Below are positions 10,790 through 20,290 of a stretch of DNA of 64,000 nt, one piece after another (position 1 is the first letter of the stretch; each line of letters begins with the position of its first letter). The notes beneath the pieces were generated by a model that saw only the letters and a program-made list of their open reading frames with translations, was not told the DNA's origin and searched no databases. Made by a program: the position numbers and the translations under genes. Origin of the DNA: Schizochytrium sp. TIO01 (lineage: Eukaryota; Protista; Bigyra: Labyrinthulomycetes); NCBI GenBank assembly GCA_004764695.1, contig SMSO01000035.1:372001-436000 (forward strand), given 5' to 3'.

Positions 10790-12779
10790 CTTCTCTTAGT
10801 CCAGAACACTTCGCTCAGAATGCGACTGCTACCGTTCCCCCTATCTGAGCCTACCCCTAGCAAGACTAGCACTTCCTAGCGAGCTTTCAATTAAAGATTA
10901 AAGAGGCCGCTAGAGCAGAAAAAGCTCTTCAGGCAAAAGATGCCGCTCGCTGCACTCTGGACCAGCAGGCTCTGCGGAGCTGGTGGCTCACAGGGCTTCG
11001 GCACTTGTGCGAGCAAGCCTGTCCCAATCTTCTGATCTGCCCGCCGCTGCTTCCGCAGAGACACAGCCGTCTGCGGCGGTGCAATCTGAATGGCGAGAAC
11101 TTGAGTCTGAGAGCAGGGGTCCTATAGTTTACGGTAGGTGGGGCTACCCGCTCTCACGAGGCTCTCGATGGCACGGGAGCGCTCTCACGCTGGGCTGAGA
11201 TGGACCCTGCGGAACTCGGGACTGCGGTCCGGCGCTGAGGTCGACGGCCTCACGCTTGCAGACCTTGCTGCTGGCCCACACGGCTGCAGGCAGGTTCGCA
11301 GTAGCAGAGACTGCGAAACGAAATGCGCTCAGGTTTTTCTTCTGTGTCGAAGGAGGGCGTGTGACAATTTTCAGCAAATGTCACGGCGAAGATCCCGCGA
11401 GAACGAACCGACCGGTTTGATTGACTCCTCCTGCGAGGAGAACCGGCTGGATGCGCAGGCCCTGGAGAACACGAGCAGGTTCTGCCGCCCACCCGCCCGC
11501 CCAACCCCGCGGTTCCTCTGCCTCGCCTGCTCGCTCGCCCGCGCGGGCCCCGGCGTAGGCCAGCCTGGGTCTTGAAGAACCGGTCGATGAGCGATGGATG
11601 GCCTTTTTGCTGCTGTTGTTGCTGGTGGTCTTCTTTGGCCTGGCTCCTCGAGGAGGCAACTAACAGGAGGGCGTCGAAGGCTTCGAAGGCGCACAGATAT
11701 CGCTGCCTCTGCCGGGTCCTGGCCTGACGTGGCCGCGGAACTTCCCCTCGGGTGCCGCCAGAGCTTTCTGTCGCACAATATTTGCAGTGTCATTCGTCAT
11801 TCTTTCGTCGTCCCTCCTTTTCCATAAGAGCCGCGCCTACATAGCGTACTGCTACTGTTTCGCCTAGGCGGGGGCGTCGGTCTGCATACCGCACCGAGCT
11901 GGCTCTTGCGAAGCTTCGGTGTTCGTCGGCACCTTTGGTTCTTCTCCGGTTCTTGGATCGTTCGAGGAACCCGGGACTCGGGAGATCGACCGAAAGAGGC
12001 CTATTTGGACATAAAGGGGGCTAAAGCAGCGAAAAGAGGGCTATTGGGGATTAGGCCTCAAAGCCGATTCGCCTCGGCGTACTGCTAACCGCCTGAAGTT
12101 ACTAAGTAAGAAGCTCTCCTTGAATAGCAGAATGGCGCGGTCGATAAACTGGAGATGGCTGTGGTAGTCGTGAGGATTGGAGAGGAAGCTGAAAGAGGAT
12201 AATATTCTTAGCAGATGATGGGTTGCAGTAGCTAGTTAATTTTGGTCAGCAGTAGTATGGAGAAAGGAAGTGTTGGAGTTCACGTTGTTTTGAGACCTGC
12301 AAGACAGCTTGAAATGGTCATATCAAGTGGCAAAAGGATAATTGTTCCTGGCAATATTCTAACGTCGAAGACTTGTAAAGAATTCTGCAACTCCAAGTTG
12401 CATGAAAGATAATGAAAGCGTCACCTCATTTATAGGTACACCTGATGATCTGCAAACGGCATCGAATACAAGTCCACTTCTGGTATGCAATATGCAGCCT
12501 CAACTCGTGCCCAATGCTCAAAGGGCTAAGGTTAAAAATCCAATCACCTCATAATCGTATCACACAGCCCTCTAGTTGCGTATCCAGCAGCTCCATGCAT
12601 TGCCCCAGTGTTGTGCATTTCCCAATCATTGCAGATTTGCAAATCCTACGTATCGTGTTTAATTCGAGCCAAATACAAACCAAGCTGCTTTAGAGATCAG
12701 ACCTCCCTTTGGTAGCGCTGCTCGTGATGGGATTCTATGAAAATACAATCATGAAGTTCTGATCGCAGTATCACTGCAC

Positions 12780-12844
12780 GTTAATTCGATGGAAGGAGTA
12801 TGGCAGAGATGTTAATTCGATGGAAGGAATATGACAGAGATGTT
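12780..12844. repeat. 31-bp tandem duplication
   Basis: GTTAATTCGATGGAAGGAGTATGGCAGAGAT is followed by a near-identical copy, GTTAATTCGATGGAAGGAATATGACAGAGAT. Confidence 0.9.
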
Positions 12845-13080
12845 GAGGAGGAGATACATAACCTGATAAATACTAATAATTATTAGTTTTAAAACGAAGA
12901 AGATAAACATTGCAGCAGATTTGATCGCCATGAGCGCACATCAGTAGTGGTCAGAGCTCAAGCCGTGTGCAGACCTCGACCTGGCGGCCTTGACGTCACC
13001 CTTGCTGCTTACGCCCCCCTCGTACCTCGGAAACCTGGCCTTTGCCTCGGTTTAGGCCCGCATCGAGCCTAGAGGCCGCC

Positions 13081-15417
13081 ATGCTCGAGAGCGCCGACCA
13101 CGGAGTGGCGCCCAGCAGCAGAAACCCCACCACAAGCCCCACCACAAGCAGAAATGCGAACTCTTTGAACGGGGTCTTGTCTCAAGAAAACTTGGCAGAC
13201 CAACCCGGTGAGTTTGCGGGCCGGGCTGAGGTCCAGAGCAACGGCGGTGACGTGGAGAACGGCAACAACGACAACTTGGCCGTTCCCGGAAATGATAAGA
13301 AAAAACGCAAAAAGCATAACAACAGCAGCAAACGAAAACATTCAAGATCTCCACAAAATGCACCGGACGTAAATCGAAGTGCGTTTGAAATTGGAGACGG
13401 TCTTGGACCTGCCGGAGCTAGTGTAGACAATGATGAGGACGAGGACTTCTCGGCCCGACAGGATCTTTATAGGCAACAGGATGTAAATGAGATGAGCACT
13501 TTGTTGAAACCTGCAGCACTGCGGGATCTTGACCAACGAGGTTTCGTGCACCGAGCGATGCTTGTTCTATTCGTCGTCAATACAGCGCTGTTGCTATACT
13601 CTCATCTTGGCACGAGCGGCCTTATTGTGTCCAATATTGAAGCACTTACAGGAAACCTTGGCGGTGGCCGACGGAGGGCGTTGGCGACTTTAGAACACCA
13701 GGAAAACGCATGCAACTCAAACGACGCTACGCTATGGAAGTCCCATTCGCTGTCTACTACGCTTCAGTCAGTTAGCTCATGCATCAGCTGTCTTGGAAAT
13801 TCTACCTGCATGACTGACTGCATTGCAGACCAAGGCGGGTTCTCCACAAATTGCGCACTTTGTTTTGCAGATGTCGTAGACTGTGCCATGATGAATTGCC
13901 TTGGGAAATGTGCTGCAAAACCGTCTTCTACGGAATGCACAGCATGTGTTTCTGCCAAGTGTGCGGCACCCTTCACTTCGTGTTCTGGCTTGGAGCTAGA
14001 CATGGCGAGCGATGAAACACAACAGTTAGGGCAACCAACAGCCCCTGCCCACCAGACCCAAGAGGTGTCCACGTCGGCGCCCACAGCCGCGACCAGCAAT
14101 TCAAATAATATCCCACCGACAATGGATGATAAACCTATTGGCTTGGCAGAAGTTTGTGGCTCTCTGAAGCCCTTGTATAAGATTCAATTTCTTGACGCAG
14201 TCTCTAAGGCCTGGAACCACAACGCACGGCTTCTTGCTGCTGCACTCACTCTAGCGTCCGGCGTGTGGCCGTATGTGAAAAATGTTCTCCTGCTTGTTGC
14301 GTGGCTATGTCCCATGGTACCGGGCACTCGGAGTCGCTTACTCCTCTGGTTGGGTCGCCTGGGGAAGTGGTCCTTCGTTGACGTTTTCGTGATGCTTCTT
14401 TTCAATGCAACGCTTCGTATTGAGAAGCGTATCTCAAATCATATGGCACTTGTTGTTTTTGCAGTGCCACAGTCTGGTATTTATGCATTTTGCGCAGCTG
14501 CCACTTTTGCGCTTATTCAAAGTGAGTGGATGCGGCAGTGCCATGAACAAGCATGTGCAGATGTCTTATCCGCTCTTGACGATTCTGGTCGTCGTTTAGC
14601 TACATCGAATGGTCGCTTGCGGAGTGGCTGGCGCACCACAGCAACAAGAAATCTTGTACGCTCTCAATTTATGAACGAACGCGCCTCTCTCTACGTGAAA
14701 CTTTTGGTGCCAATGGTAGGTATTCTTAGTTTACTGGTTGGATTTTATGGTACAACCCTCATCACTTATGAGCTGAAGGGATCCTTGAGCTTTTTGCCTG
14801 GTCAGAATGTCTACTCCTATTCAGTGGCTGAGATCATTCACTCAATCTATGGACTCACAACATGCCAGCAAACGGCCGACTACTCGTCAACAATATCCCA
14901 AGGACTCTTCTTTTGGATTTTCCTGATCAGTGTCTTGGGTTCTCCACTGATCGCGTTTTTAGCTGTCGGGCTTGTCTGGGTTGTTCGTGCTGGTGTACCA
15001 TGCAACTTGAGGGCGCTGAAGCAAACTTTGCTCAGCTGTGTTCATTACCTTTTATCTGCAGAAGAAGTCAGCATGGCAATGTCTTGTCTCGACGTCTTTT
15101 TAGTTTCGCTTCTTTTGGTTTCTGCAGAAATTAGCAAGGTTGTAGAGGCTGTGGCTGGAACAGTCGGATCTTCATGGGTGACCATGAGTCTTGAGGTTTC
15201 ACTTGGTATGGCAGTCTTATATCTTGCTCTACCAGCAGTCGTATTGTTTGCTCTTCAGGTGTCTGCTTCTCAAGACGTTGATTTTTTCCGTAAGATATAT
15301 GCCCTTGTTGCTCGCAAAGGGGAAACAAGGTCGACAAACACCCCAGATTCTGCCACTGTAGTTTATGATCAGCTTGACGTAGAAGACCCCGAAGAGAACG
15401 CCTCATTTCTTATGTGA
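13081..15417 (+). CDS. PqiA (paraquat-inducible protein A)/LetA-like multipass membrane protein with Cys-rich domain
   Basis: ATG in GCCGCC-ATG context. PqiA-type motifs SGVWPYVK and LGKWSFVDVF, with a second degenerate copy MSCLDVFLVSL, indicate two PqiA-like halves. A 14-Cys module lies at ~13711-13989. Confidence 0.8.
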   Translation: MLESADHGVAPSSRNPTTSPTTSRNANSLNGVLSQENLADQPGEFAGRAEVQSNGGDVENGNNDNLAVPGNDKKKRKKHNNSSKRKHSRSPQNAPDVNRSAFEIGDGLGPAGASVDNDEDEDFSARQDLYRQQDVNEMSTLLKPAALRDLDQRGFVHRAMLVLFVVNTALLLYSHLGTSGLIVSNIEALTGNLGGGRRRALATLEHQENACNSNDATLWKSHSLSTTLQSVSSCISCLGNSTCMTDCIADQGGFSTNCALCFADVVDCAMMNCLGKCAAKPSSTECTACVSAKCAAPFTSCSGLELDMASDETQQLGQPTAPAHQTQEVSTSAPTAATSNSNNIPPTMDDKPIGLAEVCGSLKPLYKIQFLDAVSKAWNHNARLLAAALTLASGVWPYVKNVLLLVAWLCPMVPGTRSRLLLWLGRLGKWSFVDVFVMLLFNATLRIEKRISNHMALVVFAVPQSGIYAFCAAATFALIQSEWMRQCHEQACADVLSALDDSGRRLATSNGRLRSGWRTTATRNLVRSQFMNERASLYVKLLVPMVGILSLLVGFYGTTLITYELKGSLSFLPGQNVYSYSVAEIIHSIYGLTTCQQTADYSSTISQGLFFWIFLISVLGSPLIAFLAVGLVWVVRAGVPCNLRALKQTLLSCVHYLLSAEEVSMAMSCLDVFLVSLLLVSAEISKVVEAVAGTVGSSWVTMSLEVSLGMAVLYLALPAVVLFALQVSASQDVDFFRKIYALVARKGETRSTNTPDSATVVYDQLDVEDPEENASFLM

Positions 15418-15955
15418 CAATCGTCTTTCCACAATCTGCTTCTTTTTTGTCTTTGTGTTTGGGGGAGGGTGTGTGTGGGGGTCATGCAAAAACAAAAGCA
15501 ATATACAACTTTATAGCTGGAATCATAACGATGGATTATAGAGTCTCTTTCTGAGGTAGATTCTCATCAATTTGACCACATTAAAAAAATGCATCTCCCA
15601 CTCAAGCTATTAATTGGTTCTAAATTCATCGAGCTCTTGTCGCGAGTCTTGTCTTCAGAAGTACTAGAGATTACAAGAGACTCACTTCGACATACAATTA
15701 AATTGCATGAACGAGTCGAGAAAAGCAAAGTACACCTTGTCTCAGTCCAGAAAAGGACCAATCAAATCAGCCTTTGTTAAACGAGGCTTGTGTGTATCAA
15801 AATAAAAATAAAATCAGGTATCATCTTCTTTAATTTTCCAGGTTTTTGTGGTTGTGAAATTTACTATCCTATTTTCTGATGGCTTATTGCATGCCGTATA
15901 GAAAGAAAGATAATTGAGCGTAACATGCCAACAACATTTGACACGAAGGATGTCA

Positions 15956-18900
15956 TCAAAAAATCTCCGAGCGGCGCTGTGCATACTTTTTCTGACGCTC
16001 TTCCATATTGTGCAAGCGTTTACCAATGAGGTAACGCTCATCGCGCAGAGCGTCATGAACAATTTGCCAAGTACGATGAGCTTGCATGGCAAAGTAGGGA
16101 ATTGACAAAGAAAATGCTAGAAGTGCTCCAGCATGACGATAGGCTTGAATAAACCCATACGTTTCACACAGAGAGTACCCAGAGAGGGTGAGTGGGACAA
16201 AATCAGAGAGTACAACAAAGACGCAGGGTAAGAACACTGCAGCCAATTCAATGAGCAGAGCTACGCGAGCGTAGCGGTGCAAGAGTTCTGAGCAATCCAG
16301 AGTGCGGAAAGCATGCTCTAAGGCACGGCCGACATTTTCTTCGAGCGATTGCAACGTCGGAAAATGTGCGATTGCCTCTGGGGCAAGTAACATGAAGGCG
16401 ATGATTAATGTGACAACAAAGCCGACAGTCCACTCATGCATAGGGGAAGCAGACATGTAGAGCATGCGTTGCGCATAGTCTACAGCATTAGTTAATGCTT
16501 CTTCGGTAAGAGGCTTGTCAGGGTCAGCATTGAGGCTAAAGTGTTCTGCAAGACGAGGTGAATTCAAAACCTCTTCTGCTGACAGCTGGGCATTGTTTCC
16601 TGTCAGGGACCACAACACGGGGCCAACACTGGACGCGCATGATGAGCCACCTGAAGTAAGATTCTCTCCTGCTACGTGGACAAAATTGTCAGGGTGTTGA
16701 GCTGGGTAAAGCAGATTTAGCTGAACAAAGGTACCCATGAGCCAGGGATGCAGCATGACAGTTGTAATAACGAGCTCAAGCCATTGAACTCGTCCACGCA
16801 AAACCTCGAAGGAAGCACGGAAACTGAAATCGTGGCCTTCATGAACAGCAATCCGTTGAAGAAGTGACCACACTGCACTGGGTGCGCGGTGAAGCTCCAA
16901 CAGCCAGGCTCCATGAGCAGCACCCCACAACACGAGACACCCAATACCATAGATGAGAGGTTCATGCTGTAGAGGAAGCTGTAGGAGGGAGGCCATCATA
17001 CGCCCAGTAATGCACGGAGCACCAACTGCAATACATGTAGTTATGAGACAGGTAACCCATGCGAGTGCAGAAAGCACCAAAACACGAGCCCAGCAAAAAG
17101 TTGGTTTAATGCGAGGCATCAGAGTTCGCGCGAAAAGGACCATTTCACGATGCAAATCGTCCAAACCCTCAAGCTCTGGATCATTTTCATTTGCTACTAT
17201 ATTTGGCTCGACCTGATCTCTAGCAGCACCATCCTCTGCTTGTGCATTTCCTTCGGGTTGTTGTTCTGGCTCGTGCTGGGCATCTTCGTGCACGTGCTCA
17301 CGAATAGCATCTGGAGCATCTTCATTCAAAGGTGGTGCATCTGGTACACCTGCTCCCACCATTTCCACGGCAGGCGCAGCCTCTTCCGTCCATGGATGCT
17401 CAAGTTCTGGCTTTGGAATCGCCAGCAGATAGCGACTGAGACCAAGCGCATCACATACGACATGGAACCAAGTATCAATGAAGTCACAAATGACATCTTT
17501 CCCTTGCTCAAGAATGCTCAAAACACCAATATGAATGCAAAGAAGCTCGATCGGCAGTTGCACTTCGAGTACAGTGTATGAAAGAGTGGGCGTAAAAGGC
17601 AGCATATCTGCAAACGACGACATCTCTACTAAGCGTACCGGGGCATAGATAAAGGCAAAGACGAGAAAGGTATAAATAGCACAGCTGAGGGCCATGCGGC
17701 GCAAATGGCGAGCAATGCTCTCCTCGAGAACAGAACGGAGTAGGCCTTCATCTCCATTCTTTGGACGAATGATTCCGTGAAGGATTTCAGGGTGAAGGAC
17801 ATCACGAAGCTCAAGGACAATAACTGTGATTACCAGCATGTGAGTAATACCAGCAACCCAAAGAATCATGACAGCAAAGACAGGGTGAGCAATAGCGAAG
17901 GAGTAGCGGTCACTAGGTCCCAGATTAACGAGTCCGCGTCCAGCAAACTCGAGGAGGGCACCCAAAAGCACGGGAAACAAACCCATTTTGAGAAAGACAA
18001 TAATGACAACCTTGAATGTACGGCTCATGAAACGGAAAACACGAGTGACACTGTTGTATCCACGAAAAGTGCGACGATTACGAGCATGGTCTCTGAGCCA
18101 ACGAACGATGAGATACAAGAGTCCAAGGGAGCAGGCAACAGTAACGTAGCCAATGAGCAAAGCAGTAAGCTCGAGACAAGCAAAACGCAGCTCCTCCAGG
18201 AAAACACGTTTGGTCTCAATTTCATGGCTCTCATAGGTACAAATTGGCAACTCTGTTTGTCGTTCAAGTGAAGCTCGGGGCACAATCGCTTCAAGTGGCC
18301 ACGCCTGACTAGCCTCAAAAAGTTGTTTTTCGCGTTCCTCTGACGCCTGCTTGATCCGAAGCCGGTGAAGCGTACGCAACAGGAAGCCCTCGTCATGACG
18401 AGACAGAATACGGTAACCTGATAAGTGCTCAATGACGCGACCCGTCATTGACATCATGACTGCTCCAACAGTCGTGGGCGCGAAGAGCGCCACACATAAA
18501 TACAAACCATTAAAGGTCAAGAGCCACATGACATTGTGAAACAGGACCCAGCTGGGGCCACGTAGTCCTAAAAGCTCGTCTAAAGCCACATTGAGATCGC
18601 CAACATGATTTTCGTCATCGTCGTCACCCATAAAATCATCCATGCCTTCGTCATTAATACCGAAGAAACCAAATCCTCCGTGTCCACGAGGCTCCTCATG
18701 AACGTGATCCTCCTCTCCGACGAACTCATGCCTGGCGTCCTCTTCTTCATGAGCGGGATGAACCCCAGCGTCTTGAATGCCATCATGATCACCCTCCCTG
18801 AGGACATTCAGATTGGCTTCTCCTTGCAAACCATGTTGCATATTTTCCTCGATGGGTTCGTCCTCGTCTTCATTCCCTCCATTGCGGTATTGGAGGTCTC

Positions 18901-20290
18901 CAATGGCCGCACTTTCTGCGATCATAATGTCATTCCCCATTTCGCTGAGACTCTCCTCATTATCACTGTCTATCATGACGCTAGGATCCTTCGCCGAATT
19001 TGATACAGATGAGGGGGGATCATCCCCGTCCTCTCCTTCTTCATCTTCGCAGCAAAATTTGCTTCCAGGCACTGCTGAGGATACGCGACGGTTTTCGAAG
19101 TGTATGTCTTGCTCATCCTCATCATCCTCGTCATCTTCAGCATCCCGGACCTCAAATTCATCGTCAATAACCCCACCCCGTCGGGCTGGGATCCAGGGTC
19201 CCTCATTTGGTTGTGTTGATTCCCTATGTTCCGAAGAACTTGAGTTTCTAGGCATGATTGAACCATCTAATTCTAACGGGTTGACGCCCTCCATTACTGC
19301 TTCATCATCATTGGTGTCATGTTGCTGGTCATGGCTACCATTCTCATTTTCAGGATGATCCTCATCAATGCGGCCAGGAGGAAACTGGTCTCTCAAAGGC
19401 TCGTTATCTTGTAGCAATGGTACATTAGCTGGATGGTGAATGTGAACAGCATCAGGTTCCTCCTGGTGCGCAGCTTCATCATTGTCATGTTCATCGAGAT
19501 GCTCATCCATCATTGCTTCTTCATCCGTCTCGTTGAGGAGATCGTGCTCCCGGACAAAGTCCACAACAGAGATGAGGGTGAGGAAGGAGAGAAAGATAGC
19601 TGCTGAGGCGCAGACGCCAACGCCCCAGCTAGTGTACATACCGCCGTCAAGAGCCATGCTCAGGCGGAGTTGAAAATTGCCAAGAGTGCCTTGGTTATTG
19701 TCAAAGAGATGAAGGTCTTCATGACGATCGAGTTTGCCGAGGGAAAGGATGCGAAACATGACGCAGGTGGCGATAGGGATAAACACACCCCATGTCAGCG
19801 CTACAACAATGACACGTCCTACAAAGGGAACAAGCTTCAGTCCCCTATATAGCGAGAGGTGGGCAAACTCGGCCACAGAAAGCGAATTCGGTGCACCTGG
19901 TTCATACACTGGGGTAAACCTGAACTTGTGTCCGCAAAGCTCACACTTGGACCTGTTGCCAGATGCAGACGAACTATGATTCAGCCACTCTAGTAGGCAG
20001 TCTTCATGCACAAATTTGATGCTTCCCGTGCATACGCATGGATGGTACAACGGCCTTTTTTCCTCGCGTCCGCACCTGCAAATTCTACAAATTTCCTCTT
20101 CTTCGTCATCCTCGTCGTCTCCACCTTGTGTACTACGTTCTTCAACACTCTCTGATACCTCCTTCACGTCGCCATTCACACAATTCCTCTCTGCGTCTTC
20201 TTCGAGAGCACCCGTATCCATGTGCTTCTCAAGTTCTTCTTCAGGACGAAAATGCTCATCACGTCCCGCAATCATTTGCACGTCCTCCAT
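15956..20290 (-). CDS. MARCH6: RING-CH E3 ubiquitin ligase, MARCH6/Doa10/SUD1 family (ERAD)
   Basis: N-terminal RING-CH CRICRC...PLYHPCVCTGSIKFVHEDCLLEWL...CELC followed by FRFTPVY. Conserved LDELLGLRGP, many TM segments, and C-terminal element LRDERYLIGKRLHN. First ATG at 20290. Confidence 0.93.
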   Translation of the reverse strand: MEDVQMIAGRDEHFRPEEELEKHMDTGALEEDAERNCVNGDVKEVSESVEERSTQGGDDEDDEEEEICRICRCGREEKRPLYHPCVCTGSIKFVHEDCLLEWLNHSSSASGNRSKCELCGHKFRFTPVYEPGAPNSLSVAEFAHLSLYRGLKLVPFVGRVIVVALTWGVFIPIATCVMFRILSLGKLDRHEDLHLFDNNQGTLGNFQLRLSMALDGGMYTSWGVGVCASAAIFLSFLTLISVVDFVREHDLLNETDEEAMMDEHLDEHDNDEAAHQEEPDAVHIHHPANVPLLQDNEPLRDQFPPGRIDEDHPENENGSHDQQHDTNDDEAVMEGVNPLELDGSIMPRNSSSSEHRESTQPNEGPWIPARRGGVIDDEFEVRDAEDDEDDEDEQDIHFENRRVSSAVPGSKFCCEDEEGEDGDDPPSSVSNSAKDPSVMIDSDNEESLSEMGNDIMIAESAAIGDLQYRNGGNEDEDEPIEENMQHGLQGEANLNVLREGDHDGIQDAGVHPAHEEEDARHEFVGEEDHVHEEPRGHGGFGFFGINDEGMDDFMGDDDDENHVGDLNVALDELLGLRGPSWVLFHNVMWLLTFNGLYLCVALFAPTTVGAVMMSMTGRVIEHLSGYRILSRHDEGFLLRTLHRLRIKQASEEREKQLFEASQAWPLEAIVPRASLERQTELPICTYESHEIETKRVFLEELRFACLELTALLIGYVTVACSLGLLYLIVRWLRDHARNRRTFRGYNSVTRVFRFMSRTFKVVIIVFLKMGLFPVLLGALLEFAGRGLVNLGPSDRYSFAIAHPVFAVMILWVAGITHMLVITVIVLELRDVLHPEILHGIIRPKNGDEGLLRSVLEESIARHLRRMALSCAIYTFLVFAFIYAPVRLVEMSSFADMLPFTPTLSYTVLEVQLPIELLCIHIGVLSILEQGKDVICDFIDTWFHVVCDALGLSRYLLAIPKPELEHPWTEEAAPAVEMVGAGVPDAPPLNEDAPDAIREHVHEDAQHEPEQQPEGNAQAEDGAARDQVEPNIVANENDPELEGLDDLHREMVLFARTLMPRIKPTFCWARVLVLSALAWVTCLITTCIAVGAPCITGRMMASLLQLPLQHEPLIYGIGCLVLWGAAHGAWLLELHRAPSAVWSLLQRIAVHEGHDFSFRASFEVLRGRVQWLELVITTVMLHPWLMGTFVQLNLLYPAQHPDNFVHVAGENLTSGGSSCASSVGPVLWSLTGNNAQLSAEEVLNSPRLAEHFSLNADPDKPLTEEALTNAVDYAQRMLYMSASPMHEWTVGFVVTLIIAFMLLAPEAIAHFPTLQSLEENVGRALEHAFRTLDCSELLHRYARVALLIELAAVFLPCVFVVLSDFVPLTLSGYSLCETYGFIQAYRHAGALLAFSLSIPYFAMQAHRTWQIVHDALRDERYLIGKRLHNMEERQKKYAQRRSEIF

